Under the pieces are notes generated by a model that was not told the DNA's origin, made no database searches, and saw nothing but the letters and a program-made list of their open reading frames with translations. Of a DNA stretch of 64,000 bases, positions 1 through 10,554 are shown piece by piece. Position 1 is the first letter of the stretch. Each line of letters starts with the position of its first letter. A program made the translations under genes and the position numbers. Source of the stretch: an uncultured Planctomycetota bacterium (GTDB taxonomy: Bacteria > Planctomycetota > Planctomycetia > Isosphaerales > Isosphaeraceae); the NCBI GenBank assembly GCA_963845755.1, contig CAWJTV010000033.1, positions 160,001 to 224,000 on the forward strand, given 5' to 3'.

Positions 1-755
1 CCGCCCGAATTCCCCGGGTTGATGGCGGTATCGGTCTGGATAAACGACTCGTAGTCGTTGATCCCGACGTCGTTCCGCTCCGTCGCCGAAACAATGCCGG
101 CGGTCACCGAATGATCGAGGCCCAGTGGGCTGCCGATGGCCAGCACCCAGTCGCCGCTATCGAGCTTGTCCGAATCGCCCCATTCCGCTTGCACCTTCAG
201 GTCGGCGCTGACCTGAAGGACGGCCAGGTCGGACTTGGAATCGGCGCCGACCAGGCGCGCCGGCACATCGTTGCCCATGCCCAGCCGGACGACGATGTGG
301 TCGGCGTCCTTGACCACATGGTTGTTGGTGACGATGTAGCCCTTCGCCTTGTCGATGATGACCCCCGACCCGAGCTCCGCACTGCGAAACGCCGGCCCGA
401 ACCGATCTCCGCCCAGTGGTAGGCCGCGGAACCCTTCACCGCCGCGGCTCTCCTTGAACGATTGAACGTTCACGACCGCGGGCGACACGGCCGTCTTCGC
501 CATGCGAAACAATTTCGATGCTCCCGAGACAATCCCCTGTTCCTCCAGCTTCGACAGAGCTTCCGACGCGGCACGCGACCGGCCTGCTTCCCAGGCATAG
601 CCGGTCCGTTCGGCCATGTAAGGAACGCCGTAGCGGATGAGTGCGGCCACGCAGAGTACGAACAGTACGAGCAGAAAGCCCCGACGCACCGGCGGCGTCG
701 TCGGACGGGGCGGTGGTTCGTCGAAGCCGTATTCCTGGGGGTCGAAAGAAGCCAT
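1..755 (-). CDS. HtrA/DegP-family trypsin-like serine protease, N-terminal part (runs off the window start)
   Basis: Manual translation from ATG 755: MASFDPQEYG, a TM segment (GFLLVLFVLCVAALIRYGV), GSGVII..GYIVTNNHVV (catalytic His), DLAVL (Asp) and IQTDTAINPGNSGG (Ser). Absent from the ORF track because it has no stop codon in the window. Confidence 0.93.
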   Translation of the reverse strand, partial: MASFDPQEYGFDEPPPRPTTPPVRRGFLLVLFVLCVAALIRYGVPYMAERTGYAWEAGRSRAASEALSKLEEQGIVSGASKLFRMAKTAVSPAVVNVQSFKESRGGEGFRGLPLGGDRFGPAFRSAELGSGVIIDKAKGYIVTNNHVVKDADHIVVRLGMGNDVPARLVGADSKSDLAVLQVSADLKVQAEWGDSDKLDSGDWVLAIGSPLGLDHSVTAGIVSATERNDVGINDYESFIQTDTAINPGNSG

Positions 756-1248
756 CGCTTACCCATTCCCTCCGCGCTCGGCTGCTGAGCCAGCCAGAAC
801 CAGTGTGCCGCCCTCCTCCTTGGCGAAAAACGGGTCGGTCCGTGAGTGCAGGAACATTGTGGGCAACGTGGGAGGGGAAATCAACGGGGACAATAGGCGG
901 TAGAGAGTAGGCAGTAGGCGGTGGAATGCGGAAAAAGGGACACTTTTCGCCGAACACCACTCGGTTCATGAACCGACGAGCGGGATTCCGCGGCAAGCCT
1001 TACGCCAAAGGCGTTAAGAGCAAAGCCGTTGGCGTAGAGAACTCTGTCGAACCGAGGTGGTGATGAGCGAGGAGTGTCGAAAAAGGGGCGACGGAATCGA
1101 AAAAGAGATCTGGCGTCCTGGAGTCGCTCGACAGGACAATGAAACGGGAGCGTCGGACATTGAGATGACCGATGCCACCCCGGAAAGGCGATCGGACGTC
1201 GATCAATGTCTACTTCCTCCTTTCTACCGCCTACTGCCTACTGAGCCA

Positions 1249-3123
1249 ATGTGCGGCATCGCCGGATTCATTCGAAACGACGGGCAGTCGGCCGACCGCG
1301 AGATCGTGGAGCGGATGACGGCCACGGTCGCGCATCGTGGGCCTGATGGCGAGGGGTTTCTCTGCGACGGGCCGGTCGCGCTGGGGCATCGCCGGCTCTC
1401 GATCATCGACGTCGCGGGCGGTTCCCAACCGCTGTCGAACGAGGACGGCACGATCTGGGTCAGCTACAATGGCGAGCTTTACAACGAGCTGGAACTGAGA
1501 CGCGACCTCGAGAGGAAGGGGCATCGGTACCGGACGTCGTCGGACACGGAGAGCCTGGTCCATCTCTACGAGGAACACGGGGTGGATTTCGTCCGGCGGC
1601 TCAACGGGATGTTCGCGCTGGCGCTCTGGGATCGCACCCGGGCCCGATTGGTCCTGGCGCGGGATCGGATGGGTCAGAAGCCGCTGTTCTACGGGATGTT
1701 GCCCGGCGGTGGACTGGCCTTCGGTTCGGAGCCGAAGGCGGTCCTGGCACACCCACAGGTCGGCCGCGCGCTCGATACCGGGGGCTTGACCCGCTACCTG
1801 TTCTACGAATACGTGCCCGCGCCTCATTCCATCTGGCAGTCGTTACGCAAGTTGCCCCGGGCTCATGTGCTGGTCTGGGAAGCGGGATCGATCTCGGTCC
1901 GAAGCTACTGGGAGTCCGCGGTCGTCCCGCCCGTCAACACCGGTTTTCGCGCGACGGCCGAATCGTTCTGGGACGCGTTCCGGTCGTCGGTGGCCCGTCA
2001 TCGGCGCTCGGACGTGCCACTGGGCGTCTTCCTGTCGGGCGGGGTCGACTCGTCGAGCGTGGCCGCCGCGCTCTGTGAAGTCGAGCCGGCGCGAAACGTC
2101 CGGACCTTTTCGATCGGCTTCGAGGACCCCAGCTTTGACGAGAGCGCCCATGCACGAGCGGTGGCTCGACACCTCGGCACCGACCACCACGAACGGACGT
2201 TCTCGATCAAGACGGCCTACGAGCTGTTGCCCGAGGCTGCGGCGTGGCTCGACGAGCCGTTCGGCGACGCCTCGATCCTACCGACCCATCTCCTGAGCCG
2301 GTTCGCGAGAGAAGAGGTGAAAGTCGTCCTGGGCGGGGATGGCGCCGACGAGTTGCTGGCCGGCTATCCCACGTTCGCGGCCGAGCGAGCGGCCGGGGTC
2401 TTCCGCCGTCTCCCCCGGCCGGCGCAGGCGCTGGCGGGCGCGGCCGTCGGACGGCTGCCGGTCGACCACCGCAACTTCAGCCTCGACTTCAAGTTCAAGC
2501 AGTTCCTCCGCGGTGCGGCCGAACCGCTCCCACTCGCCCACCAGCGCTGGCTGGGATCATTTTCCGGGGCCGAGATTTCGCAACTGCTGGTCGATGGCGA
2601 TCGGATCGGCATCGAGGCCGAACACCTCCGTCGCGATGAGTCCATCAACGGAGGTCGCGACGCCCTGTCGCGGTCGCTGGCGCTCTACCAGGACACCTAC
2701 CTCCCGGAGGACATCCTCACCAAGGTCGACCGGGCCAGCATGGCTTGCAGCCTGGAAGTCCGCGCTCCGTTCCTGGACACCGAACTGGTCGACTTCATGC
2801 AGGCACTCCCCCCGTCCTTCAAGTATGGCCACAACCAGACCAAGCGAATCCTGAAGCGAGCGGCGGCCAGTCGTCTTCCGGCATCGATCCTCGCGCGTCC
2901 GAAGAAGGGCTTCGGCATCCCGGTGGCGCGGTGGCTCCGCGGACCCTTGGCTCCGTTGCTCGGTCGGCTGCTGGGTCGAGATCGCCTCGATCGTCAGGGG
3001 ATCTTCCGACCCGAGGAGGTCGCCCGCCGCATCGCCGAGCACCAGGCCGGCGTCCGCGACCATCGAAAGCCGCTCTGGACGTTACTGATGTTCCAGCTCT
3101 GGCACGAGAAGTGGTTGGGATGA
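1249..3123 (+). CDS. asnB: Asparagine synthase (glutamine-hydrolysing), class II amidotransferase
   Basis: MCGIAG N-terminal nucleophile start at 1249; HRGPD, LGHRRLSIID, YNGELYN, FLSGGVDSS, GGDGADELLAGY, KVDRASMACSLEVRAPFLD and RPKKGF motifs. Confidence 0.93.
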   Translation: MCGIAGFIRNDGQSADREIVERMTATVAHRGPDGEGFLCDGPVALGHRRLSIIDVAGGSQPLSNEDGTIWVSYNGELYNELELRRDLERKGHRYRTSSDTESLVHLYEEHGVDFVRRLNGMFALALWDRTRARLVLARDRMGQKPLFYGMLPGGGLAFGSEPKAVLAHPQVGRALDTGGLTRYLFYEYVPAPHSIWQSLRKLPRAHVLVWEAGSISVRSYWESAVVPPVNTGFRATAESFWDAFRSSVARHRRSDVPLGVFLSGGVDSSSVAAALCEVEPARNVRTFSIGFEDPSFDESAHARAVARHLGTDHHERTFSIKTAYELLPEAAAWLDEPFGDASILPTHLLSRFAREEVKVVLGGDGADELLAGYPTFAAERAAGVFRRLPRPAQALAGAAVGRLPVDHRNFSLDFKFKQFLRGAAEPLPLAHQRWLGSFSGAEISQLLVDGDRIGIEAEHLRRDESINGGRDALSRSLALYQDTYLPEDILTKVDRASMACSLEVRAPFLDTELVDFMQALPPSFKYGHNQTKRILKRAAASRLPASILARPKKGFGIPVARWLRGPLAPLLGRLLGRDRLDRQGIFRPEEVARRIAEHQAGVRDHRKPLWTLLMFQLWHEKWLG

Positions 3124-3320
3124 TCGGGAGTCGACGATGAGCGAAATCGCCTTCGACCTTCGGCGACGTACGCCGCGGGGTAGAGACTGATGGTCGTCGA
3201 CCGTTGACGCGATGTCAACGATATAATTCGGAGTGAGCAGCGAGCGGTGCCCGTTGCATTCCCGGTTCGGAAGAGCGAAACTATTCGCCGCTCCCAAAGT
3301 CCCGCGAGCGAAAACCCACG

Positions 3321-4094
3321 ATGAGGATTCTGGTCGTCTCCGACATCCATGCGAACTGGGCCGCACTCGAGGCGATCGCCCAGCCGTTCGACGTCTGCCT
3401 GTGCCTGGGCGATCTGGTCGATTACGGGCCGGACCCGGCTCCGTGCGTCAGGTGGGCGATGGCACACGCGGATTATGCGATCCGGGGCAACCACGACCAC
3501 GGCGTGGCCCAGGGAATCCCGGTCACGGGCGAAACGGGATTCCGCTACTTGACGCGGGCGTCTCGACCGTCGATGTGGGAGGCGCTGGGTCCCGAGGAAC
3601 GGCGATTCCTCTTGCAGTTGCCGGTGACCCAGCGGTTCACGCTGGCGGGCAGGCGGTTCCTCCTGGTCCACGCCACCCCGCGCGACCCGCTCGACGAGTA
3701 CCTGCTCAAGGATCCGAGCGTCTGGGCCAAGCGCCTGCAGAACGTCGATGCCGACATCGTGTGCGTGGGCCATACCCACATGCAGTTCAAACTGGAAGTC
3801 AACAATGTGTTAGTGCTCAATCCGGGGAGTGTGGGACTGCCCCGCGACGGCGATCCTCGCGCCGCCTACGCCGTCATCGAGGATCACCGGATCGAGCTGA
3901 GGCGGGTCGACTATCCGATCGAGGAAACCGTCGCCCGGGTCGAGGCGATGCCCTGGCCGCGCCGGGCCAAGGACATCACGTCCTACGTGCTGCGTCTCGG
4001 CCGCCTGCCCATGGAGATGGGGCCCGACGGTTCGGGAACGGCCATCATCGACGACGACCCGGATGCCGACTCCGATGATGGCGAGATGGAATGA
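3321..4094 (+). CDS. Calcineurin-like metallophosphoesterase (YfcE/MJ0936-like)
   Basis: SDIHAN, LGDLVDYG, RGNHD, VHA, GHTH and NPGSVGLPRDGDPRA motifs. Confidence 0.9.
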   Translation: MRILVVSDIHANWAALEAIAQPFDVCLCLGDLVDYGPDPAPCVRWAMAHADYAIRGNHDHGVAQGIPVTGETGFRYLTRASRPSMWEALGPEERRFLLQLPVTQRFTLAGRRFLLVHATPRDPLDEYLLKDPSVWAKRLQNVDADIVCVGHTHMQFKLEVNNVLVLNPGSVGLPRDGDPRAAYAVIEDHRIELRRVDYPIEETVARVEAMPWPRRAKDITSYVLRLGRLPMEMGPDGSGTAIIDDDPDADSDDGEME

Positions 4095-4178
4095 GGATCG
4101 GAGTGCCGGTACGGCCCATGACCGAACTCATCGTCCCCGCCCCTTCGCGCAGTCTGGCCGGAATCACACCCGTCGCAT

Positions 4179-5447
4179 TCAAAGCCCCCCATCGAGCCAC
4201 CCACGAATCGTCGGCAGGTATTTCTCGGCTGAAGCCGTGTTGACCAGGACGACCCGGTCGTTAGGACGGATCATGCCGCGGTCGGCCAGCTCCGGGAGTG
4301 CGGCGAGCGTCGCGGCCCCCTCCGGCGACCAGGCGAAGCGTCGCTCGCGCCATTCGTCGCGAATCACGGAACCGATGTCCTCGTCGGAGACCGTAACGGC
4401 ACAGCCGCCCGATTCGCGGATGATCCGCAGGACATTGATGTGACCGATGTTCTGGGCCACGTTCAGGCCCGTGGCGACCGTCCGGCCCGGGGGTAGGGGC
4501 TCGATGTCGGCGGCCCGGGCCGCGAAGGCGCGTACGATCGGCGTGCTGGCGGCGCTCTGGACACAGACCATCCGGGGCCGATCGGGACCGACCAGGCCCA
4601 GTGCCTCCAGCTCGTCGAATGCCTTGGCCATGCCGACGACGCCGGTCCCGCCGCCGGTCGGGTAGACGATCACATCGGGGAGCTGCCAACGGCGCTCGAC
4701 CAGCCGATCGCCGGCCGGCTCGGCCATCTCCAGTCCCAGCGTCTTCTTCCCCTCGGTGCGCCAGCCCGGCTCCTGGAAGGTCGCGACGCTGAAAAACCCC
4801 TTCGGGATGTACTCCGTGCGGACCCGCTTCCCACAATCGATGATCGTCCCCGCGACGAGTTCCAGCTTGACGCGCTCCGGGTGGAGCAAGGCCAGGGCGG
4901 CGACCTTCCCCAGCACGGGCAGGTCGGTATCGGGCGACATCACCACGGCGGCCTCGATGTCCGCAGCGACGGCGTATTCGGCCAGCGAATCCCCGGCATT
5001 CCCCTGTGTCGGCACCGCCAGTCGGCTCAGTCCCAGGGCTCGGGCCATGGAGACCGTCATCGCCATGCCCCGATCCTTGAACGACAAGGTGGGATTCCCC
5101 CCGAAGCCCGCGTGGTGTTTCCCTTCATCCTTGACTTCCAGACGGCATCCCAGCCGATCGGCCAGCGGGTGAGAATAGGCCAGACTCGGCGTACAACCCT
5201 CCCCCAGGCTGATGATGTGCTTTCGATCCTCGGGATCATCCACATCCAGCGGCAACAAGCCGCCAAAACGCCAGAGATCCCGACGATCGGGCGACCACCA
5301 GCCGTCCTGTCCGCGTTCCGCCTTCAACCGTTCCACATCCAGGACCATCTGGAGCGGGCGGCCATCGCGCTCGCACAGATTCATGACCCGTTCCGCCGGG
5401 TACTCCGCCCCGCAAACCGAACACGCAAGATGAGAGACGTAACGCAT
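4179..5447 (-). CDS. thrC: Threonine synthase (PLP-dependent, fold type II)
   Basis: N-terminal CxxC, LGEGCTP, NPTLSFKDRG (PLP lysine), GNAG, EGKKT, PTGGGTG and PEGAA motifs. Confidence 0.85.
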   Translation of the reverse strand: MRYVSHLACSVCGAEYPAERVMNLCERDGRPLQMVLDVERLKAERGQDGWWSPDRRDLWRFGGLLPLDVDDPEDRKHIISLGEGCTPSLAYSHPLADRLGCRLEVKDEGKHHAGFGGNPTLSFKDRGMAMTVSMARALGLSRLAVPTQGNAGDSLAEYAVAADIEAAVVMSPDTDLPVLGKVAALALLHPERVKLELVAGTIIDCGKRVRTEYIPKGFFSVATFQEPGWRTEGKKTLGLEMAEPAGDRLVERRWQLPDVIVYPTGGGTGVVGMAKAFDELEALGLVGPDRPRMVCVQSAASTPIVRAFAARAADIEPLPPGRTVATGLNVAQNIGHINVLRIIRESGGCAVTVSDEDIGSVIRDEWRERRFAWSPEGAATLAALPELADRGMIRPNDRVVLVNTASAEKYLPTIRGWLDGGL

Positions 5448-5744
5448 ATCAGGTCATCCCAAGAGAAGAGAATCGTCCGTCAAGTCCGGCAACGAACGCC
5501 CTGCCTTTCATCCGAAATCGTCCCTGAGAACGAATCATCTCTCCTGATGACTCCTCGATCAGGAGGCAGGGGTCGATGTCGAGCCCCGGCGGTCCGTCGA
5601 GGGACAGACGCGGAGTTCCTCCGCGTCTCACTTCTCGCCTTCGGGCGCGGGTTCTGGCCGACGATCGCCATCAGGTGACCGCGAGGGAGGGTTGCCACCC
5701 CGGCTTTTCGTCCGGCACGACCACGAATCGGGGAACTCGCGTCG

Positions 5745-6983
5745 TCAGGCCGGCATGTGGAGGTCGGTCGTTGGTCCGACCGAGACGATCGTCATCGGCC
5801 AGAGGGGCCATTCCGACAGGACCCGGCGCACGTCGTCCAGGGTCACGCGGCTGAAGGCCTCGAGATCCCGTTCCACCGAGATATACTCTCGGTACGAAAC
5901 CCAGTGATAACCCAGTGGGACCAGCCGGCCCATGGGACGCTCGCTGCGGAGGACCGAGCGGGCGAGCACCTTGTTCTTGGCCTGGTTCAGCTCGTTCTCG
6001 GTGGGGCCTTCGCGCATCAGGGTCGCGTAGACCGTTTCGATCCGGCCGAGGTTCGCCTGCGTGGAGTCGGGCTCGCAGCTCAGGAACGTGAAGAAGGCGC
6101 CGGCCTGCTCATAATTCTGATAGGACAACTCGGCGCCATCGGCGAGCCCGGGATCGATCAAGGTGAAGTAAAGCCGGGAGCCGGTGTGGTCGCCGAGGAT
6201 CGTGGCCAGGAGGTAGGCCGTATAGCGGTCTGCACTTTCCAAAGGTGGGCCGTCGCTGACGCCGACAATCGTCTGTTGCAGATCGTCGGCGCGGAGAATC
6301 GTCTGGAACGCGCCAGTCCCGCGTGGCGTCGTCGCTTGCCGGCTGGCTGGTCCACCTTCCCATCCCCCGCAATGCGTCTGAGCCAGCTTCACCAGGGGGT
6401 CCCACTCCGCCTTGCCGGCGAACGCCAGCACGATATTGGCCGGACTGTATCGCGTCGCGAAATACTGGCGCATCTGGCCGGCCGTCATCGCCGTGATCGA
6501 CTCGACGGTCCCGAGGATACTATTGCCCAGCGAGTGGCCGCTGAAGTGCGCCGTCTTGGCCGCTTCGTATGCCACCGAGAGCGGGTTGTCCAGGTACATC
6601 CGGATCTCTTCGATGATCACCTGCTTCTCGGTCTCGAAGTCGTCGTCGCGGAGCGTCGGACGAAGGATATCGGAGAGAACATCGAAGGATGCAGGCAGGT
6701 ATTCCGGCAGGCACGTGACGTGATAGAACGTATCTTCTTCGGAGGTCTGGGCGTTATGCTGGGCGCCGACGCGATCGAAATCGCGATTGACCGCCAGGGC
6801 ATCGCGGCGCGGCGTCCCCTTGAATGTCATGTGTTCGAGGAAGTGCGAGACCCCCGCCAGCTCACTGGACTCATCGCGACTGCCCGTCTTGACGAAGAAT
6901 CCCGCGGCAACCGAGTGCGCCCGTTCGTTCAATTCGGCGATCACCTGAAGGCCGTTACTCAAGGTCGTTTGATGGAATTGCAT
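5745..6983 (-). CDS. M16-family zinc peptidase, catalytic subunit
   Basis: LSNGLQV, GSRDE, GVSHFLEHMTFKGT (inverted HxxEH) and EKQVIIEEI. Confidence 0.92.
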   Translation of the reverse strand: MQFHQTTLSNGLQVIAELNERAHSVAAGFFVKTGSRDESSELAGVSHFLEHMTFKGTPRRDALAVNRDFDRVGAQHNAQTSEEDTFYHVTCLPEYLPASFDVLSDILRPTLRDDDFETEKQVIIEEIRMYLDNPLSVAYEAAKTAHFSGHSLGNSILGTVESITAMTAGQMRQYFATRYSPANIVLAFAGKAEWDPLVKLAQTHCGGWEGGPASRQATTPRGTGAFQTILRADDLQQTIVGVSDGPPLESADRYTAYLLATILGDHTGSRLYFTLIDPGLADGAELSYQNYEQAGAFFTFLSCEPDSTQANLGRIETVYATLMREGPTENELNQAKNKVLARSVLRSERPMGRLVPLGYHWVSYREYISVERDLEAFSRVTLDDVRRVLSEWPLWPMTIVSVGPTTDLHMPA

Positions 6984-7098
6984 GAGGCTTGCTCCGGGTG
7001 ACTCGGTGTTCCGCGGTTCGTTAACCCCGAGGCTCGAACCAGGACGGCGACCGGCTCCGCGTCTTCGAGGTGCCGGTCGCCGTCCTGGTTCGAGCCTC

Positions 7099-8365
7099 TT
7101 ATTCCGGGAGTTGCAATGCGCTGGATCCGAGGGTAAGGATCGTCATGTCGCTGGGCTTTCCCAACCCGGCGGCGTAGGCCGAGACTCCTTCGGGAGTCAG
7201 GGCATCGAGGGCGGCCGAGATCTCGGCGATCGAGCGGACCCTGCCCAGGAAAAACCAGTCGGAGGCCAGGGCGGCCGAGCGGCGCATGCTGGACTCTTGC
7301 GCCATGATCAGGGAGCTCTTGAGCCCCGCGCGCATGGTCTCGAGTTCCTCCGGGGCGACGCCGTCGCGGGCGAGCCGCTCCAGCTCGGCGAGCATGACAT
7401 CGAGGGTTTGCTGGGCCCGGTCGGGGGACGTACCGGCGTGGCAGAGGACGGCGGCGCGATCGTGCTGACCTTCATAACTGGAGTACACCGAGTAGCAGAG
7501 CCCGCGCTTCTCGCGGACTTCGGTGAACAACCGGGACGAGGAATAGCCGCCCAGGATCGCCTCCGCGGCGCGGGCGGAGTAATAGTCGGGGCTATCGACG
7601 GTCGCCGCCGGATGGGCCAGGGCGATCTGGATCTGCTGGGTCTCCCGGAACAGGTGGTCGCGGCGCGGACCGGTCGGTCGAGGGTGGATCCGGGGCTCGG
7701 AGCGTGACTTCCAGTCGCCGAAGAGCCGGCCCACTCCGTCGCGGAGTCGGGGCCAGTCGATCGCGCCGGCCACTCCGAGGATCGCGCCGTTGGGCCGATA
7801 GGTCGCCTCGTGGAACCTTCGGATCTCGTCCGGCGTCAGGGACGCGACGCCCTCCGGACTCCCCGGCGCGGGGCGGCCCAGCGGGTCCGGGAAATGTCGG
7901 CGCCGGAGCTCATGGATGACCTTCGAAACTGGGATCGTCCTCGAGACTTCGCAGGCCCTGGAGACAAAGCGCGCGGATCGGTTCCACCAGGCCGTCATCG
8001 AGGTGGGGGTCGAGCACGATGTCGGCGAAGATTTCCAGGGCCGGTTCCAGGTTGCGGCCGAGCGTGGCCGCCGCCAGCGACGTGTGGAACGTCTGGGCAC
8101 CCTCGGCATGGCTGACCCCCAGGTTATCCAGCGCCGTCAGGAGCTCGCGACTATCGCGATCGCCCGCGCCCCGCGTGATCCAGTCCGCGGCCATCGTGGC
8201 GGCACCGCCGCCCAGGTCCAGCCCCTCAGCCCCCTCATAGGCCACACCGGCCGGCAAGAGCAGCGTAAATGCCGCCGACTGAACTCCCGGCATCGTCTCG
8301 GCCAGGAGCACGAGCCCATTCGAATAGATGTGCTGCTCAATGGCGGATGAGTGTGCGTCGGACAC
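7099..8365 (-). CDS. M16-family peptidase, non-catalytic partner subunit (frameshift near 7925)
   Basis: ORF 7910-8365 (YSNGLVLLAE, no HxxEH) continues in ORF 7099-8109 (ILGGYSSSRLFTEVREKRGLCYSV); tandem with the catalytic M16 gene. Confidence 0.85.
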
Positions 8366-8570
8366 GAGAACCTCGAGCTAGGGAATTCGGCTGCGACTGA
8401 ATTTCGGTCGTGGAGAATCAACGGTATCGATTATGCGGGGGGCGCCGCAACCTCTTTCGCCCGCGGCAGTCCGCGGTCGGTAGCCAGTCGTGAGGTCCCT
8501 GGAACGCGCTTGCAGGCTCGCACGCTCCCCGATCCAACCGATGACTCATGACTAATAACGAATAATCATA

Positions 8571-9100
8571 TCAGTTATCGACCGCCTTGTAAAGCGTCTT
8601 CGCCCGCCGGAATCCGACTTCGCGATAGAGTTGGACGGCCGCCGCGTTCTCGGCGGTCACTTCCAGGTAAGCACGATGGAGGCCGGCCTGATAGAACCCG
8701 CCCAGCGCGCGGCGGACCAGGGCACGGCCGAGACCCCGGCCGCGGAACGAGGGAATCACGCCGACGTTCTGGATCGCGCCGATGGGGCCATGGTCCTTCA
8801 CTCCCTGAACGGTTCCCACGTACCCTTCCGGACCTGCGATCAGCCACGTGGCTCCCGGCAGGAAGCCCGGTTGCGCCGGATCTCGTTCATCAGCCGTCGG
8901 CAACCGTTGCGATCCCCCAAACTGGGGAAGACATAGGCGTCGATCTCACCGAGGAAACTCCGATACTTGACCTCGGCGTGCAGTTCGAGGAGGGCGTCTT
9001 CCCAGGGCACCCAGACGAACGAATCCGGCAGCACGGTGCCGGTGATCGCCCGGTCCAGGTCGATCTCCATGCGGAATCGTTTGTAATACGTGATGGCCAT
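8571..9100 (-). CDS. GNAT-family acetyltransferase (frameshift near 8870)
   Basis: MAITYYKRFRME start joined to the C-terminal ORF containing NVGVIPSFRGRGLGRAL and LEVTAENAAAVQLYREVGF. Confidence 0.85.
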
Positions 9101-9367
9101 CGCCTGGTTTCGGCCCGCACGTGCCGCCGACTGACTCGCTGCGAGGGATCCCGCTCGTCGTAAGGGATTATAAGGCGTTCTTCGAGAGACGGTCAATCAC
9201 TGCGTGGGGACGTCTCCGGACTCGTTCGATACGCGGCCGGAGAAGACGTCCTCTGACGAATTTCTTACACCGCGCACTCACGCGTGGCCTCATCGAGCTA
9301 CAATCGATTTGCTGGTGGACTGCTCCGTCCAACGGAACGGCGCGCACCGGGGAGGCAAGATATCGCC

Positions 9368-10417
9368 ATGACCGCCATTCGAATCGCGACGGTCCTGGCC
9401 GCGCTGGGAACACCGGCGATCTTCGCCCCGCTGCTGGCCCGGGCTCGGAGCCGCATCCCCGTACCGGTCTGGCGTCTCCTCGCAGTCGTGATTTGCGTCG
9501 TTCCTCTGTTCGCATTCTGGACACTGCTGGGGATCGCACGTCCACTCCCCGTGTGTCTGGTCACGATCCTGGGGGGTATCGTGATGATCAAGGCCATCGA
9601 CTGGTTGAGCAACCCGCGACAGCAGGACGACCTCCTCCGCGTCTGGCTGGCCCTCACATTCTGGCCGGCCCTTCAGATCGAAGACGTCGCGGTGCCGATC
9701 CAGGGGAGACGCCTGCGCATCGGCCTGATGCGGCATCGCGTGACGACTGGAACGCTCCGAGTCGCGTTGGGCCTGGCCCTGGCCGCCACCGGTCAATCAC
9801 TCGATGTGGCCCGGTATGGCTTCTGGTTCGATGGCGCGCTCAAGGCCATGGAAATCTACCTGCTGGGCGGCGGGCTCAACGATTTACTCGTCGCGACACT
9901 CAACCTCGCTGGATTCCGTGGAACCGACGCGTTCCGCTATCCGATCCTGGCCCACTCGATCCTCGACTTCTGGAGCCGTTACAACGTCTGGATCCATCGA
10001 TGGCTGAAGAAGCACATCTTTGATCCGATCGGGAGGCAAAGGCGGAGGCCGGCCCTGGGAATCCTCGCGGTTTTCGCGGTCAGCGGAGTGCTGCATGAGT
10101 ATGTCATTGTCCCGGTTGCACCCGACCTGATCGGCTGGCAGTTCGCGTTCTTCAGTCTACACGGGCTGGGCGCACTCGGAGGGGAGTGGCTGGGCCGCCG
10201 GTATCGGTCGCTCGCCGGCCGACGCGTGCCACGACCTCTGGCGATCGCGGCGACGCTCGCCTTCGTCCTGGCGACCGCGCCCATCTTCATCCATTGCCTG
10301 GACCGCGTCGGTGACTTGCACCGCGACCTCGGTGCGCTCGTCCTGAAAGGGGTCCAGCAGAGCCGATCGTCGCCGGGCCCGATTCTGCCGAGATCGCGAG
10401 TCACGGCCAGTGACTGA
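9368..10417 (+). CDS. MBOAT/wax-synthase-like membrane-bound O-acyltransferase
   Basis: Multiple TM segments; PILAHSILDFWSRYNVWIHRWL and FAVSGVLHEY (catalytic His) motifs. Confidence 0.85.
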   Translation: MTAIRIATVLAALGTPAIFAPLLARARSRIPVPVWRLLAVVICVVPLFAFWTLLGIARPLPVCLVTILGGIVMIKAIDWLSNPRQQDDLLRVWLALTFWPALQIEDVAVPIQGRRLRIGLMRHRVTTGTLRVALGLALAATGQSLDVARYGFWFDGALKAMEIYLLGGGLNDLLVATLNLAGFRGTDAFRYPILAHSILDFWSRYNVWIHRWLKKHIFDPIGRQRRRPALGILAVFAVSGVLHEYVIVPVAPDLIGWQFAFFSLHGLGALGGEWLGRRYRSLAGRRVPRPLAIAATLAFVLATAPIFIHCLDRVGDLHRDLGALVLKGVQQSRSSPGPILPRSRVTASD

Positions 10418-10554
10418 CCCTGAGTCCAAGAGGAAGCCGTCAGCCGTGGCCTCCGGCCGACGCCGATCATGCCGCGTGAGTCCATCTCCATGGAAGTCGA
10501 GCGGCGCGTACGGCAGGCGGCCCGTCGCCGTTGTGTGGACCGGCCAGCGGGGTG

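Noticed and set aside
1249..3123. asnB as a lasso-peptide cyclase
   Set aside because: It has an intact Cys-start glutaminase domain, and no precursor, B1 or B2 gene is nearby
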